A program made the position numbers and the translations under genes. Shown one piece after another: positions 1-8,568 of a stretch of DNA of 31,286 nucleotides. The DNA is from Gemmatimonadota bacterium. GTDB lineage: Bacteria; Gemmatimonadota; Gemmatimonadetes; Gemmatimonadales; Gemmatimonadaceae. The DNA lies in contig JAZJZK010000065.1 of NCBI GenBank assembly GCA_040389905.1, positions 1 to 31,286 of the forward strand, in the 5' to 3' direction. Each line of letters begins with the position of its first letter. Position 1 is the first letter of the stretch. Below the pieces are notes generated by a model. The model saw only the letters and a list, made by a program, of their open reading frames with translations, did not search any database and had not been told where the DNA came from.

Positions 1-2439
1 ATTGGCTACCCGCCGATCGGCGCGAGCTGCGTCTCCATCAGCGCGGTCATGGGCACGCCGATTCCGCCCGTTGCCGTCGACGGCAGCGGTGGATCGGGCG
101 CCGGCTACACATTCTCCGCGACAGGGCTGCCCGCCGGCTTGAGCATGAACAGCAGCGGTCAGATCTCCGGCACCCCGACCGTCTTTGGCACCTTCGCATA
201 CACCGTCACCGTCACCGACGGCGCGGGCAACACCATGACGCTCAATTGCTCAGTCACGGTTGCCACGCCACCGATCGCCTCCTCGTGCGTCGCAATCAGC
301 GCGGTCAGTGGAACGGCCATCACGCCAGTAACGCTCACGGCGACGGGCGGCTCCGGCACCGGCTACACCTTCTCGGCAACCGGTCTGCCGGCTGGCCTGA
401 CAATGGCGGCGAATGGCACGATCTCCGGCACGCCGACAGTCGGTGGCACCTTCAATTACACCTATACCATCACCGACAGCGCCGGCAATACCAAGACGCT
501 GAACTGTTCGGTCACGGTTACGTACCCGCCCATCACTGCGACTTGCCTGACCATCAGCGCGATCCAGGACAAGGCCATTGCGCCCGCAACGTTGGTAGCG
601 ACGAGTGGCAGCGGCGCCGGCTACACGTACTCAGCGAGCGGCCTGCCCGCCGGCCTCACAATGGCGGCCAACGGAACCATTTCGGGCACACCGACGGTCA
701 GCGGTATGTTCAGCTACACCGTCACGATTACGGACAATGCCGGCAACTCGAAGACCGTGAATTGCACGATCGTCGTGACGCCGAAGCCGAACTGTGATTG
801 CGCGACGATCACGGCGGAACAGGGTGTCGCGATCACGCCTGTGACCATCGTTGGGACGGGTGGCGCTGGTGCGCCGTACACGTTCACGGCGAGTGGTCTC
901 CCCGCGGGTCTCAGCATCTCGACAAGCGGCACGATCTCGGGCACGCCTTCGGTCAGCGGTACCTTCACCTACACCATCACCGTCACGGACAAGAACGGGA
1001 ACAAGACCACGATCAATTGCCAGATTGTCGTGAGCCCACCGCCGTCCTGCAACTGTGAAACGATCGACGCAACGAGGGGTGTCGCCATCACGCCGGTCCA
1101 GGTCGACGGCATCGGTGGCGGACATGGCGGACCGTACACCTTCACGGCGACGGGCCTGCCCGCCGGCTTGACGATCTCGACGAGCGGAGTGATTTCCGGA
1201 ACACCAACGGTGAGTGGCAGCTTCGCCTACACCATCACCGTCACCGACAAATACGGGCACAAGTCCACGATCAACTGCAGCGTCATCGTGAAGGTGCCGT
1301 CCACTCCTCCGACGACGAGCTGCGTGTCGATCAGTGCGGTGGTTGGCAATGCCATTACGCCGGTAACGATGGTTGGCGCGAGCGGCGCCGGCGCTCCGTA
1401 CACCTTCACGGCGACTGGACTGCCCACGGGATTGACCATCTCCAGCACCGGTACGATCACCGGCACACCGATGGTCAGCGGCACGTTCAACTACACCGTC
1501 ACGGTGAAGGACAAGAACGGAGTGGCAGGAACGCTCAAATGCTCGATCACCGTCAACGCGGCACCGACGGCGGCATGCGCAGCGCTCAGCCCGAAGAAGG
1601 GAGTCGCAATCACGCCCGTAACGCTCGTGGCATCTGGCGGCGGCGGCGCACCGTACACCTTCTCCGCGACGGGACTGCCGACCGGACTCACGATCTCCTC
1701 GATGGGGACGATCTCTGGAACGTCCACAGTCTCGGGAAGCTTCAACTACACGGTCACGATCACCGACAAGAACGGAAAGAAGGGCACCATCAATTGCTCG
1801 GTCATCGTCGTCGTCAGCACGTCAGACACGGTGGCGCCGACCTGCTCCGTGTTCGCCAACGCGAGCCCCGCGTACATGACGTATCAGGACGGTGGCAGCG
1901 GCATCGTGCGGCTCGACGTGATCACGAACCTGAACTCGAACTACAAGATCGGCATCTCGCCCGCCCCGAGCGGCACGACGTACTCGAACGGCTCGAACAA
2001 CAGCGCGATTCCGACGAACGGCTGGGTCAAATTCGCGACCGGACAGACGGGCACCATCAAGGTGACCGCGACTCGCATCAACACGCGTGTCTCGGCGCAG
2101 CTGACGGTCAAGGCGACGGACGGCAACGGCAACACCGTCACCTGTGATCCGATCGAGACCACCGTCATGAAGATGAAGAACGATGACGGCGATCAGGTCT
2201 TCGAGAACGTGCCTTGGGAAGAGCACTTCGTCACCATCGAGAACGGCGGGCTCCGCGCAATCGATATCGACGTCAACGGCACGGTGTTCAAGGTGAAGCG
2301 CCTGGACGATGATGAGAAGCGTGTCGTCGACATCAGCTCCGCCATGAAGAAGAACGGCAAGAATACGATCACGCTGTCGCCGAAGGGCAAGAAAGGCGAG
2401 ACGGCGGACATCACGATCGGGCCGGACCCGGATAACTAG
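1..2439 (+). CDS. Large surface/secreted protein with putative Ig (He_PIG-like) repeats, 5'-truncated by the window
   Basis: Frame is open from base 1 (IGYPPIGASCVSISAVM...). Seven ~85-aa repeats of C..I.A..G.AITPV...GG.G..YTFSATGLPAGL.....G.ISGTPTV.G.F.YT.T.TD..G...T.NC are followed by a HYR-like unit and a charged C-terminal domain. Stop is TAG at 2437-2439. Confidence 0.9.
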   Translation: MGYPPIGASCVSISAVMGTPIPPVAVDGSGGSGAGYTFSATGLPAGLSMNSSGQISGTPTVFGTFAYTVTVTDGAGNTMTLNCSVTVATPPIASSCVAISAVSGTAITPVTLTATGGSGTGYTFSATGLPAGLTMAANGTISGTPTVGGTFNYTYTITDSAGNTKTLNCSVTVTYPPITATCLTISAIQDKAIAPATLVATSGSGAGYTYSASGLPAGLTMAANGTISGTPTVSGMFSYTVTITDNAGNSKTVNCTIVVTPKPNCDCATITAEQGVAITPVTIVGTGGAGAPYTFTASGLPAGLSISTSGTISGTPSVSGTFTYTITVTDKNGNKTTINCQIVVSPPPSCNCETIDATRGVAITPVQVDGIGGGHGGPYTFTATGLPAGLTISTSGVISGTPTVSGSFAYTITVTDKYGHKSTINCSVIVKVPSTPPTTSCVSISAVVGNAITPVTMVGASGAGAPYTFTATGLPTGLTISSTGTITGTPMVSGTFNYTVTVKDKNGVAGTLKCSITVNAAPTAACAALSPKKGVAITPVTLVASGGGGAPYTFSATGLPTGLTISSMGTISGTSTVSGSFNYTVTITDKNGKKGTINCSVIVVVSTSDTVAPTCSVFANASPAYMTYQDGGSGIVRLDVITNLNSNYKIGISPAPSGTTYSNGSNNSAIPTNGWVKFATGQTGTIKVTATRINTRVSAQLTVKATDGNGNTVTCDPIETTVMKMKNDDGDQVFENVPWEEHFVTIENGGLRAIDIDVNGTVFKVKRLDDDEKRVVDISSAMKKNGKNTITLSPKGKKGETADITIGPDPDN

Positions 2440-2460
2440 CCGCACAGTAGGCGCGACCGA

Positions 2461-2498
2461 AAAAAGAGAGGGCGCCTGAAAAGGCGCCCTCTCTTTTT
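2461..2498. terminator. Bidirectional intrinsic terminator
   Basis: Perfect 17-bp inverted repeat AAAAAGAGAGGGCGCCT-GAAA-AGGCGCCCTCTCTTTTT between convergent genes, with a U-tract on both strands. Confidence 0.93.
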
Positions 2499-2516
2499 CA
2501 TCCGAGCCTTGACAAG

Positions 2517-3095
2517 TCAGGGAGATTCTGGATCGACGGCCGCCGAGTCTGGACGCGCCTTGAGCATCTCTTGCATTCGCTTCTTGAGATTCTCCTGCAG
2601 GCCCAGGAACTTCGACCGCTGGATCGGCGTCATGAAGGTGGCGAACTCCTTTTGTTCGTCAGCCTGAACCTCGGCGCGCTGACGCTGGAGCAGCATGAGC
2701 TGATCGATGGCAGCGGCAATCGTCGCCTGATTCGCCGCCGAATCCAACAGCGTTTCCCGGCGCAGCGCGACGCGCTGTGCCTTTTCCTGCTGGCCGAGGA
2801 GACGCCGGCGCTGGTCGAAGCGCTGGCTCGTGGCCTCGAGTTTCATCATCTGCTCATCTGTGAAGCCGATCCGCTGCTTCGCCACTCGCCAAAAACCCCG
2901 ACGAATCTGCTGCTCGAGCTGTTGGCGTCGGGCAACCGGGACGTCGGGAGGAAGCTGCGGCGGAAGCCGCCGAGCTGGTCGCACCTGGCCCGGACGCACC
3001 TGAACCGGACGATTCGCCCGCCCACCTTGGGCCTCGACGGAGGCACTCAGGAGCGGTGCCGCGAGAACGGTGAAAAAGAGGATCCGTCGAATCAT
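2517..3095 (-). CDS. Periplasmic Spy/CpxP-like helical protein
   Basis: Signal peptide MIRRILFFTVLAAPLLSASVEAQ; two LTxxQ-like motifs (FTDEQ, MTPIQ); Gln/Arg-rich helices; ATGA overlap with the anti-sigma gene. Confidence 0.75.
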   Translation of the reverse strand: MIRRILFFTVLAAPLLSASVEAQGGRANRPVQVRPGQVRPARRLPPQLPPDVPVARRQQLEQQIRRGFWRVAKQRIGFTDEQMMKLEATSQRFDQRRRLLGQQEKAQRVALRRETLLDSAANQATIAAAIDQLMLLQRQRAEVQADEQKEFATFMTPIQRSKFLGLQENLKKRMQEMLKARPDSAAVDPESP

Positions 3096-3757
3096 GGCCG
3101 CTTCGGTCCCATTGGCGAAACATAAACGTGCTCGACGTCAGCAGACGGCAGCGCGTCCAGGTTCTCGATGTCCTTCAACAGCGATGTCAGTTCGCGATCA
3201 CTCAGGTCGTTCAATGCCCCCCCACCCATTGCGAGCTCGCGGCCGACCTTCTGCGGAGCATCGGCAGGCGTGCGCGTTGGGACAGTTGCCTCCGATGCGG
3301 CAACAGAAACGGGGTGACGGCTTGCCTTCGGCTGAGGAACCGGCGACGCCGGCTCGGGCACGACAACAGGTGCCGCTCCAGTCTGCGGAGCCACGGCGGA
3401 CTGCGGTGCCGAGGCTACGACGCGTAGCGAATCAACTGCTGCCGGCTCGCGCTGAAGGAGCGCCAGCGAGGAACTTCCAGCAACGATGACGGTGATTGCC
3501 GCCGCAGTCCGCCAACCGACCCACGACCGACGCACCGGTGCGCGATACGCCGGCACAGCCGCCACAATCGCCGCCAGGTCGACTGCAGGAGTTCGCCCGA
3601 GCGTCGCGCGAAGGTCGCCCAGGAGCGCGAGTTCAGCGCGGCAGTCCGCACAGGTCACCAGATGCGCTTCAACCGCGGCACGCGTCTCGTCATCGAGCCG
3701 CTCGTGCAGCAGGTCAGGAAGCAGGTCGCGAACATCGCCGTTCGGACAGTCATTCAT
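3092..3757 (-). CDS. Zinc-binding (zf-HC2) membrane anti-sigma factor
   Basis: Start re-called at MNDCPNG (ATG at 3757, overlapping the sigma stop); HxxxCxxC motif (HLVTCADC); one TM segment (WRTAAAITVIVAGSSSLALL); Pro/Ala-rich periplasmic tail. Confidence 0.88.
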   Translation of the reverse strand: MNDCPNGDVRDLLPDLLHERLDDETRAAVEAHLVTCADCRAELALLGDLRATLGRTPAVDLAAIVAAVPAYRAPVRRSWVGWRTAAAITVIVAGSSSLALLQREPAAVDSLRVVASAPQSAVAPQTGAAPVVVPEPASPVPQPKASRHPVSVAASEATVPTRTPADAPQKVGRELAMGGGALNDLSDRELTSLLKDIENLDALPSADVEHVYVSPMGPKRP

Positions 3758-4304
3758 CGAGAAACTCCTTGATGGCGCGCATCGCGTTGTGATAGTGCAC
3801 GCGTGCGGCGCCCTCTGTCGTGCCGGCCGCGTCGGCAATTTCCTTGTACGACATTCCCTCCGCGACTCGCAACGTGAACACCTCACGCTGCATCTTCGAA
3901 AGTCGACCCATTGCCGCGCTCATGCGTAGTCTTGTCTCTTCCGCCACGACGGAGTCGAGCGCGTCGTACTCCGTAATGGCGTCGTTCTCCTGCACCTCGA
4001 CCTGCTCACCTCGCCGTCGTTCCGACCGGCGCTTGTCAAGCAACAACCGCCGAGCGATTGTGAACAACCACGTGCGAAGGGTACTCTCACCGCGAAAGCT
4101 GTCGAGTGACGCAAATGCCCTGACGAACGTGTCCTGCACGATCTCCTGCACGTCGCCCCGTGCTCCCAAACTGGCGGAAAACCTCGCCAGCGCACCCGCA
4201 TGCCGCTCCACGAGCGATGACGCCGCCCGTTGATCGCCATCTTTCCACCGCGCGATGAGGTCGAGGTCGCTCTGTTCATCGGTACCATTGGCGACGTCTG
4301 TCAT
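3750..4304 (-). CDS. ECF RNA polymerase sigma factor
   Basis: Region 2 (EIVQDTFVRAFASLDSFRGESTLRTWLFTIARR) and region 4 (LSKMQREVFTLRVAEGMSYKEIA) only; 184 aa. Confidence 0.95.
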   Translation of the reverse strand: MTDVANGTDEQSDLDLIARWKDGDQRAASSLVERHAGALARFSASLGARGDVQEIVQDTFVRAFASLDSFRGESTLRTWLFTIARRLLLDKRRSERRRGEQVEVQENDAITEYDALDSVVAEETRLRMSAAMGRLSKMQREVFTLRVAEGMSYKEIADAAGTTEGAARVHYHNAMRAIKEFLDE

Positions 4305-4316
4305 GCGATATGCTCG

Positions 4317-4344
4317 TTGGACGCGCGGGCCACTGGACCGTTAA
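4317..4344 (-). promoter_or_regulatory. Putative autoregulatory ECF promoter
   Basis: Minus strand reads TTAAC-16 nt-CGTCCAA, ending 12 nt before the sigma ATG. This matches the general ECF AAC/CGT promoter pattern. Confidence 0.6.
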
Positions 4345-4413
4345 GGAGCCTGCACGGCTGGTCCGTCAGAGGCGATAAGATACATCGAACGTCCTTCCCT
4401 GTACCCACCGACA

Positions 4414-5094
4414 ATGCCCGAATCTACCCGTCACCCGCTGCGAATTGCTCATCGAGGAATGCCTCGGCTCGCCAAGGAGAATACCCTTGCCAGCTTCGAA
4501 CTCGCACTCGCGGCCGGTGCCGACGGTATCGAGCTCGACGTTCACGCCACGGATGATGGCGAGGTGGTTGTCCACCACGACGAGACGCTTGCGGACGGAA
4601 CGCTGATCGCATCGACCCCCCGGAAGACACTCGAGATCCGGATGCCCCCCGAATCGCTCCCGTCGCTCGCGGACGTGATGCGATTGGTGGACGGGCGCGC
4701 TGAGTTGTTCGTCGAGATCAAGGGCGTAGGAATAGAAGGGGCGGTGGCCGCTGTCCTCGACCCGTACGGCGGGCCCTTCGCGGTCCACAGCTTCGACCAT
4801 GCCATGATCGGCCGTCTTCGCGCGCTTCGCCCAGCCTTTCGACTCGGGATCGCCATCGAAGAGGAACACCCGGATATCATCGGCGCCCTTCGAGATGTTG
4901 GAGCGACTGACCTCTGGCCTCGATATGTGCTCGTGACCGCCGAACTCGTGCGAACCGCGCACGATGCCGGCGCGCGGGTGTTTCCCTGGACGGTCAACGA
5001 CACGGCGGACGTCGAGCGGCTGACCGCGATCGGGGTGGATGGGATCTGCACGGATGACGTCTCCTCTCTGGCAGCCGCACGAGGCGCCGTCTAG
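4414..5094 (+). CDS. Glycerophosphodiester phosphodiesterase (GDPD family)
   Basis: Motifs IAHRG, ENTLASF, GADGIELDV, VVVHHD, VEIK, WTVN and GVDGICTD. Confidence 0.93.
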   Translation: MPESTRHPLRIAHRGMPRLAKENTLASFELALAAGADGIELDVHATDDGEVVVHHDETLADGTLIASTPRKTLEIRMPPESLPSLADVMRLVDGRAELFVEIKGVGIEGAVAAVLDPYGGPFAVHSFDHAMIGRLRALRPAFRLGIAIEEEHPDIIGALRDVGATDLWPRYVLVTAELVRTAHDAGARVFPWTVNDTADVERLTAIGVDGICTDDVSSLAAARGAV

Positions 5095-5143
5095 TTTCGC
5101 CCGGAGTCCCTCCACCCACCGAACGACAGGATTACCGTACCTG

Positions 5144-6565
5144 ATGCGCCATACAACCATCGCACTCGCCATCGTGCTGTCGGGATTGTCGGGCCGAGCC
5201 ACTGCCCAGGCGACGACGACCGAGGCACCGAAGACAACCCCCATGCCGGGTGCCGTTTCGCTTCCCAACGCCGATCCATTTCCGAGCACGTACCAGCCGG
5301 TCCCTTCGCGACCGACGTTCATTCGCAACGTGACGATTCTCACGGCGGCTGGGCCGACGATTCGGGGGGGCAGCGTACTTCTCCGCGACGGTAAGATCGC
5401 GGGCGTGGGGGCGAATCTCAGCGCGCCCACCGATGCTGTCGTCATCGACGGAACCGGCAAGTTCGTGACACCAGGTATCATCGATACCCATTCCCACATC
5501 GGCGGGGGTGCGGCACCCGGCGACGACGGTGCGCAGACCAACGACATCAACGAAGCCACCAATCCGGTGACGGCGCAGGTGTGGGTCGAACATTCGGTGT
5601 GGCCGCAGGATCCGCAGTTCCCACGAACGCTTGCCGGCGGCGTGACGACGATTCAGGTGTTGCCTGGGTCCGCGAATCTCATCGGCGGCCGGAGCGTCGT
5701 CCTCAACGTCGTGCCCGCGCGCACCGCGCAGGCGATGAAATTCCCTGGTGCGAAATACGGGCTCAAGATGGCGTGCGGCGAGAATCCGAAACGCGTGTAC
5801 GCGAGTCGCGGGCCGTCGACGCGCATGGGCAATGTTGCCGGTTATCGTGCGGCGTGGATTCAAGCGGCGGATTATCGGCGCCGTTGGGACGCATGGAATG
5901 CCGACCACAAAGGCGACCCGCCGAGCCGAGATCTCGGGCTGGAGACACTCGCCGAGGTGCTGCGAGGAAACATCCTCGTCCACAATCACTGCTATCGCGC
6001 CGACGAGATGGCGCAAATGATCGACATCGCGCGCGAGTTCGGCTACACGATCCGGTCGTTCCACCATGGCGTGGAGGCGTACAAGATCGCCGACGTTCTC
6101 GCGAAGGAGAACATCGGCGCGTCGGTGTGGGCGGACTGGGGCGCGTTCAAGCTCGAGGCGACGGACGCCATCCGCGGCAACATGGCGCTCCTCAATCGCG
6201 CAGGCGTGAAGACGATCATGCACTCCGACGATGCCAGCGGCGAACAGCGCCTGAATCAGGAGGCGGCCAAGGCGATGGCGGAGGGCAATCGTATCGGTGT
6301 CCCCGTTACCGAGGACGAGGCGATCAAGTGGATGACGATCAATCCCGCGTGGGCACTCGGCATCGATGACCGGACAGGCTCCATCCAGACGGGAAAGAAC
6401 GCCGACGTCGTGCTCTGGTCGGGTAATCCATTCAGCGTCTACAGCCGCGCGGAGAAAGTGTGGGTGGACGGGGCGATGCTGTTCGATCGCCTGGACCCGT
6501 CGTCGCAATGGCGAACGGATTTCGAGCTCGGCTTCGTGCCGGCCAACCGTGGAGGCGCTCGCTAA
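5144..6565 (+). CDS. Secreted metal-dependent amidohydrolase (catalytic motifs intact)
   Basis: Start at MRHTTIALAIVL (signal peptide); motifs TPGIIDTHSH, LKMACGENP, HNHCYR, FHHG, HSDD and GKNADVVLW. Confidence 0.9.
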   Translation: MRHTTIALAIVLSGLSGRATAQATTTEAPKTTPMPGAVSLPNADPFPSTYQPVPSRPTFIRNVTILTAAGPTIRGGSVLLRDGKIAGVGANLSAPTDAVVIDGTGKFVTPGIIDTHSHIGGGAAPGDDGAQTNDINEATNPVTAQVWVEHSVWPQDPQFPRTLAGGVTTIQVLPGSANLIGGRSVVLNVVPARTAQAMKFPGAKYGLKMACGENPKRVYASRGPSTRMGNVAGYRAAWIQAADYRRRWDAWNADHKGDPPSRDLGLETLAEVLRGNILVHNHCYRADEMAQMIDIAREFGYTIRSFHHGVEAYKIADVLAKENIGASVWADWGAFKLEATDAIRGNMALLNRAGVKTIMHSDDASGEQRLNQEAAKAMAEGNRIGVPVTEDEAIKWMTINPAWALGIDDRTGSIQTGKNADVVLWSGNPFSVYSRAEKVWVDGAMLFDRLDPSSQWRTDFELGFVPANRGGAR

Positions 6566-7902
6566 TGCGTGCTCTAACACTGCGTAGGTGCGGGCCCTTC
6601 GCTTCGCGCAGGGCGACACAACGTGCGGACGTACACGCGCTGCTTGCAGCGTGCCTGGTACTCTGCACGACACAACTCTCGGCACAGGCGATCGCGATCA
6701 CGGGTGCGAAGATCTACACCGTAAGCGGACCGGTAATCGAGCGCGGCACGGTCCTGATGCGCGATGGACGGATCATCGGCGTGGGCGCGGATGTCGTCAT
6801 TCCCGCCGACGCGCAGCGTATTGACGCGACAGGAAAGGTCGTCACCCCTGGCCTCGTGAACGCAGCCACGATCCTCGGCCTGATGGAAGTTGGCGCGGTG
6901 CGAAGCACGCGCGACGCCTCCGCCCGCGGGAAGGACGGCATCGCCGCGGCGTTCATGCCATGGGAAGGTTTAAACCCGGCTTCCGTTATGCTCGGACCCG
7001 CGCGCGATGCGGGCATCACGAGCGCGGTGATTATTCCTTCTGGGGGACTGATTGCCGGACAGGCTGCGGTGATCCATATCGTGCCGGGTTCGCTCAGCGA
7101 CATGCTCCTCCGCGCGCCCGTCGCTATGGTGGCAGCACTCGGCCCCGATGGCGCGTTGAATGGCGGGCCGCGCGCCGAAACGATCATGCGCTTCCGCGAA
7201 GTGCTGTCGGACGCGAAGGTTTATCGCACGCGCCGCGCAGAATTCGAGCGTGCGCAGACGAGGCCCTTTGCCGCTGGGCGCCTGGATCTGGAGGCACTCT
7301 TTCCCGTGCTCGACGGCAGGATTCCGATGGTGATCCAGGCGGACAAGGCGAGCGACATCGAATCGGCGCTGGCGCTAGCGAAGGAATTCGGGTTCAAGCT
7401 CGTGATCGGCGGCGGAGCCGAGGCGTGGCAGGTCGCTGACAGGCTTGCGGCGGGAAAGGTGCCCGTCCTCACCGGTGCCATGAACAACATTCCCGGGTCG
7501 TTCACACAACTCGGGGCACGCCAGGAGAACGCAGGACTGTTGGCCAAAGCGGGCGTGCGCGTCGCCCTTGTTGGGAACGCTGGCGGGGGTGATGAAGAGG
7601 CGTTCAATGTCCGCAACATTCGCTACGAGGCCGGCAACGCGGTGGCGTACGGCATGGACTGGAATGCAGCGCTTCGGGCCATCACGCTCACCCCGGCCGA
7701 AATTTTTGGTGTGGCGGACCGAGTCGGATCGCTTCAGGCGGGCAAGGTCGCGGACGTCGTCATCTGGAGCGGCGATCCCTTCGAGTTTGCGTCGCAACCG
7801 GAGCGGGTCTTCGTACGCGGCCGGCAGGAAGCGGCGTCATCGCGTCAGGATCTCCTGGAGCAGCGCTACAAGAGCTTGCCGCCGAACTACCGCCAACCCT
7901 AG
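6565..7902 (+). CDS. Secreted amidohydrolase-fold protein with degenerate metal ligands
   Basis: TAATG stop/start overlap with GGAGG at 6551-6555; signal h-region ALLAACLVLCTTQLSAQ; TPGLVNAAT in place of DxHxH; GKVADVVIW. Confidence 0.88.
   Translation: MRALTLRRCGPFASRRATQRADVHALLAACLVLCTTQLSAQAIAITGAKIYTVSGPVIERGTVLMRDGRIIGVGADVVIPADAQRIDATGKVVTPGLVNAATILGLMEVGAVRSTRDASARGKDGIAAAFMPWEGLNPASVMLGPARDAGITSAVIIPSGGLIAGQAAVIHIVPGSLSDMLLRAPVAMVAALGPDGALNGGPRAETIMRFREVLSDAKVYRTRRAEFERAQTRPFAAGRLDLEALFPVLDGRIPMVIQADKASDIESALALAKEFGFKLVIGGGAEAWQVADRLAAGKVPVLTGAMNNIPGSFTQLGARQENAGLLAKAGVRVALVGNAGGGDEEAFNVRNIRYEAGNAVAYGMDWNAALRAITLTPAEIFGVADRVGSLQAGKVADVVIWSGDPFEFASQPERVFVRGRQEAASSRQDLLEQRYKSLPPNYRQP
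6586..6618 (+). repeat. Palindromic REP-like element (subfamily A), in frame in a signal-peptide n-region
   Basis: AGGTGCGGGCCCTTCGCTTCGCGCAGGGCGACA matches the copies at 22204, 27013 and 28021. Confidence 0.85.
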
Positions 7903-7916
7903 GCATCTCGCGCGCC

Positions 7917-7975
7917 GCGCAGTGAAGGACCTGCAATTTCGCCCCATTGCCCCGAAAGTGCAGGCCTTCACTTGC
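7917..7975. repeat. Inverted pair of degenerate REP half-elements forming a hairpin after the amidohydrolase operon
   Basis: AGTGAAGGACCTGCAATTTCG ... CGAAAGTGCAGGCCTTCACT; the arms resemble the GTGC(A/G)GGCCCTTC end of the repeat family. Confidence 0.6.
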
Positions 7976-8159
7976 ACCGGACTCATGTGCGGAGAGCGGT
8001 TACACAATGAGGACTTCCCGACAACGGGAACGGTCACAATTTCCTAGCTAAGCACAGTCATTCCATCGCTGTCGTGTTTTCGAACACGACAGGCGGTGAG
8101 AATCGCTGCTCCACCACCTGACAGAAGTTGTTGCGGTGTAGCGAGTTACGCGAGAGGGC

Positions 8160-8447
8160 CTACTGCGCCCGTGCTTGGGATGTCTTTTCTGCGATCTCGC
8201 GCTCGAGCCTGGCGATTTCCGCCTCAGCGCTTGCGAGGGTTGCCGAGAGCACGTTGTATCGCTCTTGCTCGAGTTCAGCGCCCGCGCTCCGTGCGCGATA
8301 AACGGCGAATCCCAACGATGCAGCGGCCGCCTCGGCGCGCTGTTTCGCGCGGTGCGATTCCAGCCGGAGCTTGCCTTCGTCGAGCGCGTTTTGCGCGGCA
8401 CGACCGGCCTTGTCGAGCTCCCCTCTCAATGTGTTCCAGATCGCCAT
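8160..8447 (-). CDS. Hypothetical small helical/coiled-coil protein (95 aa)
   Basis: MAIWNTLRGELDKAG... with GGAG 6 nt upstream of the ATG; amphipathic Ala/Glu/Arg-rich sequence. Confidence 0.75.
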   Translation of the reverse strand: MAIWNTLRGELDKAGRAAQNALDEGKLRLESHRAKQRAEAAAASLGFAVYRARSAGAELEQERYNVLSATLASAEAEIARLEREIAEKTSQARAQ

Positions 8448-8515
8448 GGCTGTCTCCGAGGTACACGCGGCACTACGTCGTGGCGCGCCCAAAGGTTACG
8501 CTGCGGGGGCTCAAG

Positions 8516-8545
8516 AAAAAAGGCGCCCCCTTTCTGGGAGGCGCC
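8516..8545 (-). terminator. Intrinsic terminator of rplU-rpmA
   Basis: Minus strand GGCGCCTCCCAGAAAGGGGGCGCC followed by TTTTTT, 23 nt after the rpmA stop. Confidence 0.85.
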
Positions 8546-8568
8546 AATTTCGTGCCGCGTGACGAACG

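Noticed and set aside
1..1815. Ig repeats as a DGR target or a recent DNA tandem duplication
   Set aside because: The repeats diverge at synonymous sites throughout. There is no adenine-specific TR/VR pair and no reverse transcriptase.
5132..6685. Long antisense ORFs (517 aa here; also 13427-14602, 18764-20017, 23796-25037 and 4366-5562)
   Set aside because: They are shadows of real genes in GC-rich DNA, with Arg/His-rich or motif-less translations.
8125..8150. IHF-like or imperfect palindrome AAGTTGTTGC-GGT-GTAGCGAGTT (similar AT-rich patch at 21151-21174)
   Set aside because: Only about 6 of 10 arm positions match, which is too degenerate to call.
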